From: Klebsormidium nitens
Lineage: Eukaryota; Plantae; Klebsormidiophyceae
Reading direction: 5' to 3'
Assembly: GCA_000708835.1 (NCBI GenBank)
Contig: DF237167.1
Location: 73,274-137,273 of the forward strand
DNA length: 64,000 bases
Part shown: one piece after another, positions 24,956 to 36,936 of the stretch
Layout of the letters: each line of letters begins with the position of its first letter
Position numbering within the stretch: position 1 is the stretch's first letter
The notes under the pieces: generated by a model
Told to the model about the DNA's origin: nothing
Database searches by the model: none
Seen by the model: only the letters and a program-made list of their open reading frames with translations
Translations under genes and position numbers: made by a program

Positions 24956-27797
24956 CTGTAAGCCAAAGGGCCTCAACGTCAAACCTCTTTCTCTTCTCTT
25001 GTACTGAGTCTCACTTTTCTTGCCGTATGACGGCTCAACGCTGTTGTTGCCAGAGAAAGCTGGAGTGTGGACAAAGAAAGCCTGCTTATACTGGCTCGTT
25101 TAAGGGCTTATATCATTTGTCACCTTTGCGACTTTTGTCCCTGAGGTGTTCCCTGAGGTGTGTTGCTTGGAGCGAGACGGAAAGGTGGGAAGTCTAATGA
25201 GCTAATTGCTCTTCTAGAAAACACAGGCCTAAACTTCGACTAGTTTGCCCTGATCCGTCATTTCCGTTCGCCTGTTCTGCAATAAAGTTGCACCAGAGAT
25301 GTGGAGATGATCGATGTGCTTCCGCACAAAGTGAGTGCGCACAGCTTTTCAGGTGCGAAAGAAGATAGGTTCCTTAGCTGCATCAGGCAGCTCCCTCTGG
25401 CCCAACCCAGATGCTGAACTCCTAGCCAGAACTAAGAAGAAGGCAACGCTTTCCGAAAAGACCACTCAGTGCTGTGGCTCACACTAAACGTGTGCGGCAA
25501 AATGTTAAAGCTGCCTGCTGCATTCCACTGGGGGCCTTACAGTATAGGCACTTGACGCACTTTGCCCTCTTTTGCCCGGCCAAAAACGAGCCCATCGACA
25601 GGGACAGGTAGCAATTGGGGAAGGTTGAGGCAGAGCGGAAGCCTTGCTAAAGACCTGGACGTCAAAGCACAAGTGTCTGGTCGACACCTGGAGTGGGAAG
25701 TGTGGTATCAAAAGGGGACTGGAGTTCGTAAAAGACAGCGTTCTTGGAGACTGTAAAAGAGTGACCTCGAAAGTTTCCATAAGCCTTTGCCCTCCCCAAC
25801 CGCTTTCCTCAGCAATTCATCCTTTCCCGTCATTCTTCCCTTCAATCTTTCCCTTCGGTTCGGCCAAGTGTAGCACATTCTGTCTCAGTCCAGCATTGTG
25901 CGCTTATCCAGCATAAACTGACACGAGGTGACTTTTTAGCAAGGGTTAGAAAAAGCAGGCAGCTCCTGCCAAAGACACTTTCTCAAAGGCGCCTTTGCAG
26001 CTTCTTTGCTCCACCAATTGTACAGCTGACGACTGATGTCACCACATTTGTTGCCACAGAAGAATCGGGGCGAATAACCTGGGGACTGCCGCATTTATTA
26101 TCTTTGCTTCTCCATGCCAAGAAGGGAAAAAGCCAGTACACCATACTGGTGGCAGAAAATGGGGCAGCCAAATTCTGTCCATTGAACCTATTCCAAACCC
26201 TTCTCAAATGTCTCACCTTGTCGTTGAGGGGCTCAGCTGGTGGCCCTCAGTTGCGCCAAGACGGCAAGCCGCACCGCCTTCTTCCTGCAGCTCATTCCCA
26301 CTCGGATTTGCATAGCTGGCCATGATCTTTGCTCTTGCTTTCGCACTGTGGAGATGGAAAGCGGCGGCAGCACGTTGTTCGCTGCTCGTTTGCTGACTGG
26401 GTTCAACGACTCAGAATGCCAATAGGTCACAATCACAAGAATCAGAGCAGAGCAGAGTAGAAAGCGCAGGTCAGGGAACTGAGCCTGAAACAGGCGCAGC
26501 TGGGAAAGACATGACTAAGGAAAGAAACCGCCTCTGAAACTTGTGGCAGGGCACCACCTTCGAAACTTTATGACAATGTGAGCAGCACTTGGTTTCCCAT
26601 TGCATTGGCAGTGGCGGCACGCAGCTGCATCCTGGGTTGTCGGCGTATGGTCCTCCGGTCACAGACAAGGAGGCCAAGAAGTTCCCAAAGGCAGCGCTAT
26701 TTTGGCCTGTAAGCAGTATCGGCTAAGGGTATTTTTACCTACGCTCTCGAAGTTTGGAGCATTTAATGCAAGCAATGAAGATCAGACAGACTCTGCAGCC
26801 AGCCAAGATTCAGAACTTGTCACCGTTTGACAGTAAAAGTGAAACCCTAAGTCTTAATCTTCCAAAATCTGCCAGCCTCTACTTCTGCACTCCTGGAACA
26901 ATTAGAGGACAGCGCCAGAGTCCTGCTTCATTGAAGAAAAACCGTGTACAGGATGAAGGCAAGCGGCCAGCTGCTGTCCACTTGCGCCTTGAGAAGACTC
27001 GAGCAAACAGCAGAGTGAATTGCCTCGAATTGGCACTATAATGACAATGTTATCAATGAGAGAGCTTCTTGCTTAATTTGGCCCCGCCAGCGCTACGTTT
27101 GGCGCCCGGTTCTGCGAAACATGGGAGATCAGGTAAGAAGCGCGCCCAATGCTGTCTCGGATGAATCGAGGTGTCAGAATGCTTCTCACATTTTGCTTGT
27201 TTCCAGAGGTTATTAGGTCCTTTTGAAAGGGGTAGGTCATCAGGGATCCCTCAGCAGCATCACCACCGAAGTAGGCGTACTTTTGTGAGCTGTGACACTC
27301 AACATCCAAGCATTCCCAAATTACATGCGGATGTGGTATAAAAGCAACCAGGCGAGGCTGCCGACACCTAGAGCCTTTACTTGTATGTCGCTCTTCTTGA
27401 AATGGTCGTTGGTTGCACTATCTGGCTCTCTTTACCAGCATTCAGCCCTCATCAGTTCGGTGCGGATAGTTAGGCCATTCCATATCAGATCCCCGGTCCA
27501 GCCCCCTTTCAATTGGACATGTGAAGGAGAATTGTCCGCTCTTCTCTATTGGTATCTACTACCAAGCATGGGCTGAGTCTAGGGGCAAAGCTCCAAGTTT
27601 TCACGAAAATCGCGGTTTCTTCAAGCGAACCAAGGAAGGAGTCTTGAGCCACAAGAAAAGATAAACACTTGTTCTTCTTGTCTACAACCCCTGGGGAAAT
27701 CTGGGTCGGTTGGGGACCAGAAATTGGGATCTAACTTTGGATGGCTTGAGCCTGATCACTCTAGCCCTTGTTCTGCAGGTTTCTCTACAGAGGAACA

Positions 27798-29863
27798 ATG
27801 AAGTCTACGGAATCTCCGAAAGATGTCGCGGCGGTGGCCAAGGGCTGGAGCAGCAGAGACGTCCGCATCTTGTTCCTTATCGTGGTGACCTTCGTTTTGA
27901 TTGTCGTCGTCATGGTGCCCCTTCGCACCAACGGCGGCATGGCTTTCCTCAATGAGAAGCCGCAGGTCAGTCATCACTGTATTCTTTACCCCACCTCTTT
28001 CAAGTGAACCATTTTAGCAGGACGGTGAACAAGAAAGAGGTCGTACCAATATGCTCAAGCCCAAAGCCACAGGGATTTGGAACGAAACATAGTGAGACGA
28101 CCCGCTTCAATCAAGAAAGCTTGGTGAAGCAATTACCAGATAGGGGGTTGTGTTGATTGTGTATTGCAACTCTACTTCCTTGAGTAGGTGCGCCGTGCCC
28201 CTCCACATCGAGCTGTGTGCACGCAGAGTTGTCACCTGTTTCAAGGTGCTGCTTCTACCAGATTAATGCGAAAAGCAGACAAAGACGCTTGCTCTCTCGA
28301 GTTTGACCAAAAGGAATACGTTATTGCATGTTTCAGGTTTCTAGGATAGAAGTTGCAGCAATTGAACCCGGAATTCCCTGGCGTCAGTACTGTGGTGCAT
28401 GACTTTTGCTTGGTTTGAGGGGACTCGTGACACATTCGCGGTTAGGTGCTTTGACATCAAGAAGGGACGCTAAAATCTTGGACAGAATAGACTCGTGCTA
28501 ACTTCTGGTTACTAGCTTGGGTTAGCATTTGGCCTTCAGTAACCATTCATTTGGGTTAAGATGGTTGGAAGGTCAACTGCTCCTGGCTTGGGACCTGCTT
28601 GCGGGTTAGAGTTGGTAGCACAGCCGATTTATCAAAGCCTAGCCTTCTCCAACGATAACTCTTCTTCAGTGGACATCACTGTTGCACGTAGGTTTAAGAA
28701 ATTAGACTAAGCAACAGAATTTTTCCGAAACCAGGCCATGGAAGACACTGAGCTAGGTTAATGCCACCGGACTGCGGCACTTCCGCAAAAACGAGTCTGT
28801 CACGTTTTATGACCCTACCCCCACCACAGGAAGTTGTGGCTGCTAACCAGGCTGAGTCCATCGACTTGAGAGTCAGGTTATAAGATATTAACCTGGATTT
28901 ATCCTTGTTCCAAGGCTGGTTACTCGAGTCTGGTTAATGAACATGTAGCCACTTCCTGACCATCCCCGAAACGGCCCAGACCCATTCATTGTTAACGGCC
29001 AGAAGCTCTCGATCATTTTCCTGCAGGTTTTGGACCCAAACTGCCGCGGAGGTCTTGGCGGGCCAGAGTGCGCGCAAGAGGCGTACTGGCAGCGCACGTC
29101 GGAGAGCCTTTCTCGCTGGCGGGGTGGCTTGTTTCCGCGAATGGCGGCGCTGTATCGTGAAAGCACCCAATGCAACAAAACGGCGTGTCCTAAAAAGCCG
29201 ACGGAGCCCTTAGGCCACAATCGCTTCTCTTTGTTCCAGCCCTTCGTCGACTGCCCCCCGGGCATGCCGCTCAAGCGGTGGGGAGCAAAGGGGGATGGCG
29301 GCAAGTGGCTCTGCGGCGTCGAGGTCCTGAAGGAGGGGTGCGTAATTCTTTCGCTCGGGAGCAACGGTCACTTCGACTTTGAGGATGCGATGCTCGAGAA
29401 CACGCCCTGCGAGGTGCATACTTTTGATTGCACGTATGACGGGGCTAGCCGAGGCCCGCGCCATCGTTACCACAAGCAGTGCCTGGGAAGCCCGGAAAAA
29501 GGGGCGGAAGACCCGGCGTTCATCACGCTTGCACATGCGGTGCGGGACAATGAGATCAAGGAAGTGAGCTTGCTAAAGATGGATATCGAAGGGTTCGAGT
29601 ACGATGTGATGTCGCTGTGGCAGGATAGCGATCCGTTGCCCGCGCAAGTGTCGTTTGAACTGCACTACGGTGGTGTGTATGACGGCACTTGGCCGGGCCC
29701 CAAAGCCAAGACTGTCATGTGGAGTTGGCGGGATGTGAGCTTGAGCGAGTTGGTAGTCTTTATGTCGCACTTGGCAGAGTTGGGGTATGCGATTATCAAC
29801 AAGGAAGATAACCCGCTGTGCCGCCATTGCAGCGAGTTCACATTGATCAGGGTAAGGCGATAG
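27798..29863 (+). CDS. Type II membrane SAM-dependent methyltransferase (Methyltransf_22/FkbM-like, METTL24-like); 2 exons, about 334 aa
   Basis: Exon 27798-27965 encodes a TM anchor (ILFLIVVTFVLIVVVMVPL; CAG|gtcagt). Exon 29027-29863 encodes RWGAKGDGGKWLCG, CVILSLGSNGHFDFE, CEVHTFDCT, LLKMDIEGFEYDV, QVSFELH and NPLCRHCSEFTLIR. Confidence 0.85.
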
Positions 29864-30873
29864 AGGGGGGGACCTTAGAAGAAAAGAAATAGTAAAATTC
29901 CACCGACGTACACACGGCAAAGATATGTGTTAAGCCAGAAATTTTTCGAAAGTGTTTGCAGCAGCGGCTGTTTATTGTCGTCATTGTACAACATGCAGTC
30001 CTAAAGTTGCCACACATTGAAACATGGCCGTCCGATACTTCGAACTTAGTCCAGGCATGCAAGCGAAGACCGGACCGTCCGTACGTCATATCCTTAGTAA
30101 AGGTGGCAACGCGTCCGGCCGTTTTGCAGCCGGGCCTTGCGTGCAATGAAGATCGGACATGCAAATCTATGCCGACATGCAGAGACTCAATCTTGCACGG
30201 GTTCATGTTTCAGTTTGCATCAATATCACGCCGGGTGTTTCGCTTAGGCTACGCTTGAAAGAAAACTTGAAAGCTTCAAGGCTTAGTCTCAATCATTAAA
30301 TCACAATGATGACGGTGATCAATGCGTTACTTATTAGGGAAGCTCAACCAATGTGCAGCTTGCCGGGCCTGCTTCGACGCTGCACGATCGTATTGACCGA
30401 TCATTCGTATGCGCCTAGAATCATGTCCACGGCGCGATAAACCGAGTCGGATACTTGTTAACCCGCGGGAGCTTTGTATAAGCTTTCATCGAGAACCGGC
30501 GGTCATTAGTGCCGCCACTCACGCATCAATGCGCTTAGTCCAAGCGTGTTAAGGCAACTTACATGCATGTGTTCGTGATTGAAGTTGACTTGAAAATTTC
30601 AACCCCGCCGATTTGTGCGAGAACGTGCGATTCAATGATTGCAACTGGGTCATTCAATTATCTTTAGAGGATGCATATGGTAATCGATTAAATACCATGT
30701 ACCGAGAAACACCTGTCACCGTGTGGTTTATACTTATATGATCATGTCCGCTTTGCGTTCTAAGCTGTGTGGTGCAACTTCCAAGCGTCCTGGACTCCTT
30801 ATGGACGACACCGACTGGCATACCTCATTTGCAACACTCCGACTTCTCGACCGACCGTGACATATGCACCAAC

Positions 30874-33800
30874 TCATTTACGCTTTCCCAGAAACTGCTT
30901 GGGGTAGGGGAAGTTCTGCTGCCAACTCGCCGCTTTGTTTTTCCACCACCCCCTGTCCTGCGATCCCTGCTGAGCAGCGCACGGTTCTGGGGTAGGCAAA
31001 TCTGCCACGTCGACAATCATGACGCGATCGGTGGCCGCCAGATTGTAACTCTCCCCACCCCCGAGAATGTACCACTTGTCGTTCCAGAAAGCGGAACCGG
31101 CTCCGAAGACCGGAAACGGAAGCGGATCAACGTGGCAGAACCTGCGCGCAGGCCATGTGTTTAGCTTTGAGCGTAAGAAGGGCGTTGGCATTCGGACCCC
31201 GTTGGCGACACGAAAGCAGGTGAAAGCTCTCCGTCGTCGCCTTGCTTGACCGCAGGTCATCAAGTGACGGGAGGCGCGCGACAGGCGTGACAGCGCTACT
31301 GCTTCGCAGCGCAGGTTGCCGGGAGATTGAGCCCCGCTAAGCCATGTACAAAGCAAAAGCCTCGAGATGTCGAGATTCGAAACTTGTTCGAAATCTCGTT
31401 CTACTCGGTTGAGAAAACAAAAGCGCCCGAGTCTTCAGATTCGGGTGCGCCTTTACAGCTTCCTCTTTCGTCAAACAATCAACGGCTCCCGGAAAGCTTG
31501 AGAGAAACTTTTTTGAGCTCAGTTTGTGGCCTATGCCTGTGCGCTTGGATCCTACCGTCACCCGGAGCGGCTCTTTAGGCGAGCAACGAGTATGTCGCCA
31601 CGTCTTCAGAGGTTTGTTTCAAGCAGAAACTGAGTTTCTGGTTCGGTACGACGCAAACCGTTTTAAGACGCAAAAGCGTTTTTTTTGCAAGCCTGCTAAA
31701 TTCTGACCAAGAAGTGCATTAAAACTGTGACTTCGGAAAGGTGTAAAATTCAAATTAAACGTCGGGTCACTCAAACATCGCCACTGGCACGTGAAACGCT
31801 CTTTTTTTTTCTTTTGAGAGGCGATTTTACCTCAACATTGAAGGTGGCCAGCTCCACATATGTCCAAAGGTTCTCGAACCCAAATGAAAGGTGGCATCGA
31901 GTGAAGCTGTCGCATCTTGATGCCACATATGAACCTGCGCTTTTCTCACCAAACGTCTCCCTCGAAGTCGTACTCGGACAGGGACGTCATCGCCATCCCG
32001 TTTGAGCCCAGATACACTTCGCCCCCTCCCGCCAACATACTCGGCCGTTTTCCCGGACGCTGAATCACGGTTACGATCGGGGCAGCTCTGGGGTTAGGCA
32101 GCGGCTGCCTCACGGACCACTGGTTAACGGCCGGGTTATATACCGCGAGCTGGGTTATGGAGTGGCGGTAGTGGTCGTGCGTGAATTTGGGGTTAGGGGA
32201 ACCGTAGCGCGGGTCGAAAGTTGACGCGCCCCCGACTGCCCAAAGCTCACCTTCGTGAGCAATTAGCACGATGTGATCTGCCGCCTGCAGAGCGCAATGA
32301 AGACAGGTGTAAGGGCAGTGAAGTTGTCATGTTGAGGTACCGTAGGATCCAATAGTGAGGTTGGAGACGGGGTTTTAGAAAGCCTGTCAGAGGGATGAGA
32401 TTCAAAGGCCGCGAAATTGTCTTTTTGAGCGGTTCTGAAACTGCGCAAAGCGTGCTTCTCTGGTATCTGGAAGCTCTGAGATTCACCACAGCTCATCCTG
32501 AATTCGACTATTGGTTCGATCACGGGTCTCGATCGCGGAAGGTATTTAGAAACTCTCTATCTGCGACGCGGAAACCAGGCTCTTTCGCTGACAAAGGTAG
32601 AAGCCCAGAAGATAGACTGCGAAAATCCGGAAGCGCCCGTGACGTCATCTACAGGACCTCGGAGGGCGTATGAGGCATATCCTTTCGGCAGTAAGCGAGA
32701 AAGCCGCTTGTCGTGTTTGTCTTTCTCCCCCTCGTTTCTGACTAGACTCATCAGCTCGTATCGGGCTCTTCCGTGCCAGAACAATAATCGGCAGAGCTCC
32801 GACAAGGATGGCCCGAAAACGGAGTTTGAATAGGATGGTCTAGTGATTGGTGTGCTTGAAACCAGGGGCTCGAAACTTCGCCACAGTCCTACGACTTAGC
32901 AACGCCTGTACCCAAAAGCTATTTGACTATGGGACGATAGTTGATCAAGAATCCTCGGCCAATCATGAATCCCTCTTGATAAAGCGGGAAGTCCCGAGAG
33001 GGCCTTAAAACGTCAGAAAATCTCTCGGTCCGTGAATCAAGTGTCAGTGGAGAAGAAGCATCACAAAATTCTAATGCTCAGCTCGAGTACGGTCCCTGAT
33101 CAAGCTCCATTCAACTTCGACGCTCTCCTAGTTTCTATGGCAGAAGAATTCTGTTTGGCTTTCACGACCCTCTCAGTGGGACACGCAAACAACTGGTTAG
33201 CTGTTAGCTATTCTTCTTTCACGAAAGACAACGTTTTAGACATAGGCGCCTTACCTCAGGAAGCGGCGCCGCATCCGACCAGCTGTCATCCCCCGGGTCA
33301 TAAACCCGCACCAAGTTTCCGGTCCGTTCCTGAGGCCGCCGCCCCCCCCCACAACAGTACATAAGCTCGCCCAGAAACTCGCACGCGAACCCCCCCCGCC
33401 GCTCCCAAATAGCGCGCCCTTTCAACCCAGCTCGTTCCGCCACCCTTGACGTCCCAAGTGAAATGGAACGCGTCGTTGTTTGAAGTGCTCATGTCGCTCC
33501 AATCGGAGCTCCCGACGAGATGGACCACCCCCCCGGGGGAAAGTGCCGCGGCCGGGTGGTGCATGAGCACCGAAAATCCGGCCCGGTTGTGACGTCACCG
33601 GTCGTCAGGTTGTAGATCGTGGTTCGAGTGCTGCCGAGCGCTATTGACCAGGAGTGCGCGGCAACTAGAACCGGGGCTTGCTCCCTGCTGACGTTGAACG
33701 AACCGAAGAGGATGACGCAGTCGCGCCAGCGCACGAAGCCCGGTTCTTCGTGGAGGGATCCCTTTAGTCCGTCTTGAATTACTCGCACTTTCAGGCCGCT

Positions 33801-34350
33801 TTCCGTATCTGCCTCCGTATCCGTTCCGGTCTTTCCCCCCGACTTCCGTTCCGTTTCCAACCCCTTTTCAGTCCCCTCAGCTATTCCCCTTTTCTCAAGC
33901 GGCTCTGCGTTTTCTCGGACGGTTGCAGCACCTTCGGGCGTATACAAAATTGAGCTCAATCCTGAATGCTCGCTGCTTCCCTCATCTCTTTGAAAGCTCT
34001 TCTTCTGACTTAGGGTGTTCTTTTCTGTGTCTGTGCTTCCCTCCTTTTGCGTCAGAGGACGTAACAGAATCGTCTGAAACTGGGCGTTCAGTTTAACGCT
34101 TTGGAGAAGTGATGCAGCCCCCACATTGCCTTACCAAACCTGACTGAAGTATTCTCCTCTCTGTGCCGTCTTCTTGTAACCCAAAACCCGCGCGTCGCGC
34201 CAGTTTGAAACCCCGGTAACCAGCAAAAGTTCCGGTGACTAGGGCTACCAAACCCAGAAAAAGCACTGGGGAGACGAAAGCCGCCCGGATCCTAGTAGAG
34301 TTCGTTGAGCTCCTCCGAGCCCGGACCGGCTGGGAGCTAGGTGACTTCAT
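30874..34350 (-). pseudogene. Kelch-repeat paralog, copy B; three single-base frameshifts in exon 1 (pseudogene or assembly error)
   Basis: Same 3-exon layout as copy A (34350-33255, 32284-31950, 31141-30874), and exons 2-3 are intact. Relative to copy A, the frame breaks at about 34133 (+1, then TAA at 34093), about 33573 (-1) and in the G-run at about 33390 (+1). Confidence 0.75.
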
Positions 34351-36936
34351 TGGATGCCGAAATTGGGCACCTTTTGTTGCGTCAGAGCAGGTACTGGGCG
34401 AATCTAACTTTAACAAGTTTGAAGCACCCCACATATGGAAGATGATCGCCCCCAGCGCGGGCGCGACTGTCTAGAAGCCCATCTGTCCTTTTGGGCCGGG
34501 TTAATCAAGCTGCTTCAATTGAACGTTTACTTCACTCTTTAGTTAAGGAGAGCCCTGTTCTCTGATAGTTGGGCCGTCGCTCACAAATAAGCGGTATGTT
34601 GACAACGTTTGACCAAAAGTATACGCGAAAAGAGCGTTAGAATCGAGTCGCGATCGGGCGCCTTTGTTCTAGGATTCTAAAGGAGGGTGCAGAATCAACG
34701 GGGGCTGTAAAAGTAGGCATGCTACAAGGAAGATTGCGCTCAGAAAGCAAGGGTCACGTGCAAGGGGCTACTATGTCCTTATCCCTACAGAATCGAAGGA
34801 AAAAGGGGTGGCATACCTATCCAAACACGTTCCCTATTTCTGTGTCTTACCATCAGGCTAAGATGGTGTTGTGTATTGAAATGGAGAGCGCAAGCGTAAA
34901 GATAAGGCTTGAATCACCAATTAATGCTGCAGACATGTATTTCTATTGTGAACTTAGCAGTGCCGCAAATCTTTGTAGACCGTCCGGCCTGACCGGATGA
35001 TCATGACTGGGCTTGATGACCAGGCTTCCGAATTCATGATAAATCTCCACAATACAATCTGATTGCAGGGACGTCATCTGGATCATGCTGAAGTCAGCGA
35101 TCTGCTGGGTGCTCTGCTGCACAAACCGGTGCTAACCCCAAGTATAGGTTCATTGCAGCAGTTGGTATAATTCCAAAAGACCTGTCTCAGAACTCTAGCG
35201 GTTCACATGGGCCCGAGTACTTCAAGGCTTGAGCGCCAAACTTGCAATCCGTATTCCCGTATCGACACCATGCCAAGATTCAAATCACCATGATCTGATC
35301 CTTAGCTCCCCAGCTCCCCTCTGTGCTAAGGCTTATCAGGTTATATGTATGATGGTGTTACGAGTACAGTGATGAGCTTAGAAAAACGACAGATTCAGGA
35401 GATGAATCGTTCTCATCATGTATCGTTGTACCTGCACGCTGTGTTGTCATCTCGGGTAGACTCACACCACGGCGATGTTCACGAATTGCGGTATGTGCAC
35501 GCACTTCTACTATAACATGCACATCCGAAATGCTAGTAGATACCAGTGCATGGTTCCTCTGACATACGTACGTGCCGCGGCCTAGTACTACGCCCCAGGT
35601 AAGATCAATATTAGCTGACGAGCGTGCCGCCCCTTCCTTCAGCTGATAGCCTCAGGTTCAATGCATCTGCGCATATGCCATGCACGCTGCCATGCCACTC
35701 GCACATGACCTATGACCTGGCAAACAGCAATATCTGTTGACTGGGCTCAGCGGCTGGACCCTCATGCGCAAGCTAGATTTCATAAAGCTGACAGTGATAT
35801 AATGCAACTATCCAGGCGGACCGCAGAACTTCGCGATGGTCGAAACCGCAGCGCTACCGTCCGATTTCAACATATGGACTCCAGTCTGCAACCTTTAGCC
35901 AGGGGGTCGCAAACTTTGGCAGGACCGGTTCCAATACTGGGGTTCAGACAAACCTTGCCTAACCAAATATAAACGAAAGATCGAGAGCGTTCATTTTTTG
36001 ACGTCAGAATCTGAACGGCAGCGCTGCGATTCCTGGTCGTCCCCCAGCCATTTTGTAGTTCTGCCGTCCGCCTGTATCTAGCCTGCTACAGTAGCTGGCC
36101 TGATTTACTACCGGAATATCGGCGATTAAAGTCTAGTGCACTCCCACTGCACCACTGTACTATCAAGCCTCGCCCCTTCTCTACACCTTCTTTAATTCCG
36201 ATCCCAGGTCTGCTGCGAAAGGATACGGACTTTGAGAATGTCCGACTATGGTGAACCAGCTCCATCATGGTCCACCTAGGATCTAGGACAAAACTTGACC
36301 TAATAGAAACTCAGTGGCCGGTTCCCCTGCAACCAATCTCGTGTATTTTCCGCGCGCGCTCTAAAACGTGACTTATCATCGAACGGCCTCGGGGCTTCTC
36401 AGCAGGTTATGGACGGCGCTGCTAGCGCCAGATTCGAACACGAAAGAAATTTCAGCGACTCCCCCGGTAGGCCGAAAAGTACAGTAAAACCGGTAGCGCG
36501 GTGATAACGTGTCGACGATTATTCTTTTACCTACTTGTACACTTGTATTTAATATGTGTTCTGAGTCCTAACTTGACTGCCGTCCTAAAGCGCGTCAAAA
36601 GGCGTCATATTACCACCGGGCATTTGCCCCTTGCGCCTTTTCCGGGTTTATATTTACACAGGCATTACATCAGCACCTGCGGGCACAATTATTGCGTCGC
36701 TGCATGGACCCACGAAGCGGCATGTGGCAATTGCTCGGAAGCAAGCTATTCTAGTAGAGAAGCCGCGCTAGCAAGCCGAGCTTTGACCTTGGACCTTGGT
36801 CGTTCTTCTTCAAAATTTGTCAAGCAATCTTTTGCGAAGGCGTCAAGTTCATGCTTGGCTGCCAACATAGAATCTGACTTGTTGAATCCGTCTTCTCACT
36901 CCCTTTCTCCATTCAGAAAGGTTAACCCAGAAAGCA

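Noticed and set aside
25500-26870. Cys-rich and LRR-like fragments (e.g. KCCSHCHK) as a zinc-finger or F-box gene
   Set aside because: The fragments are in different frames or strands and do not assemble; the motif spacing is not convincing.
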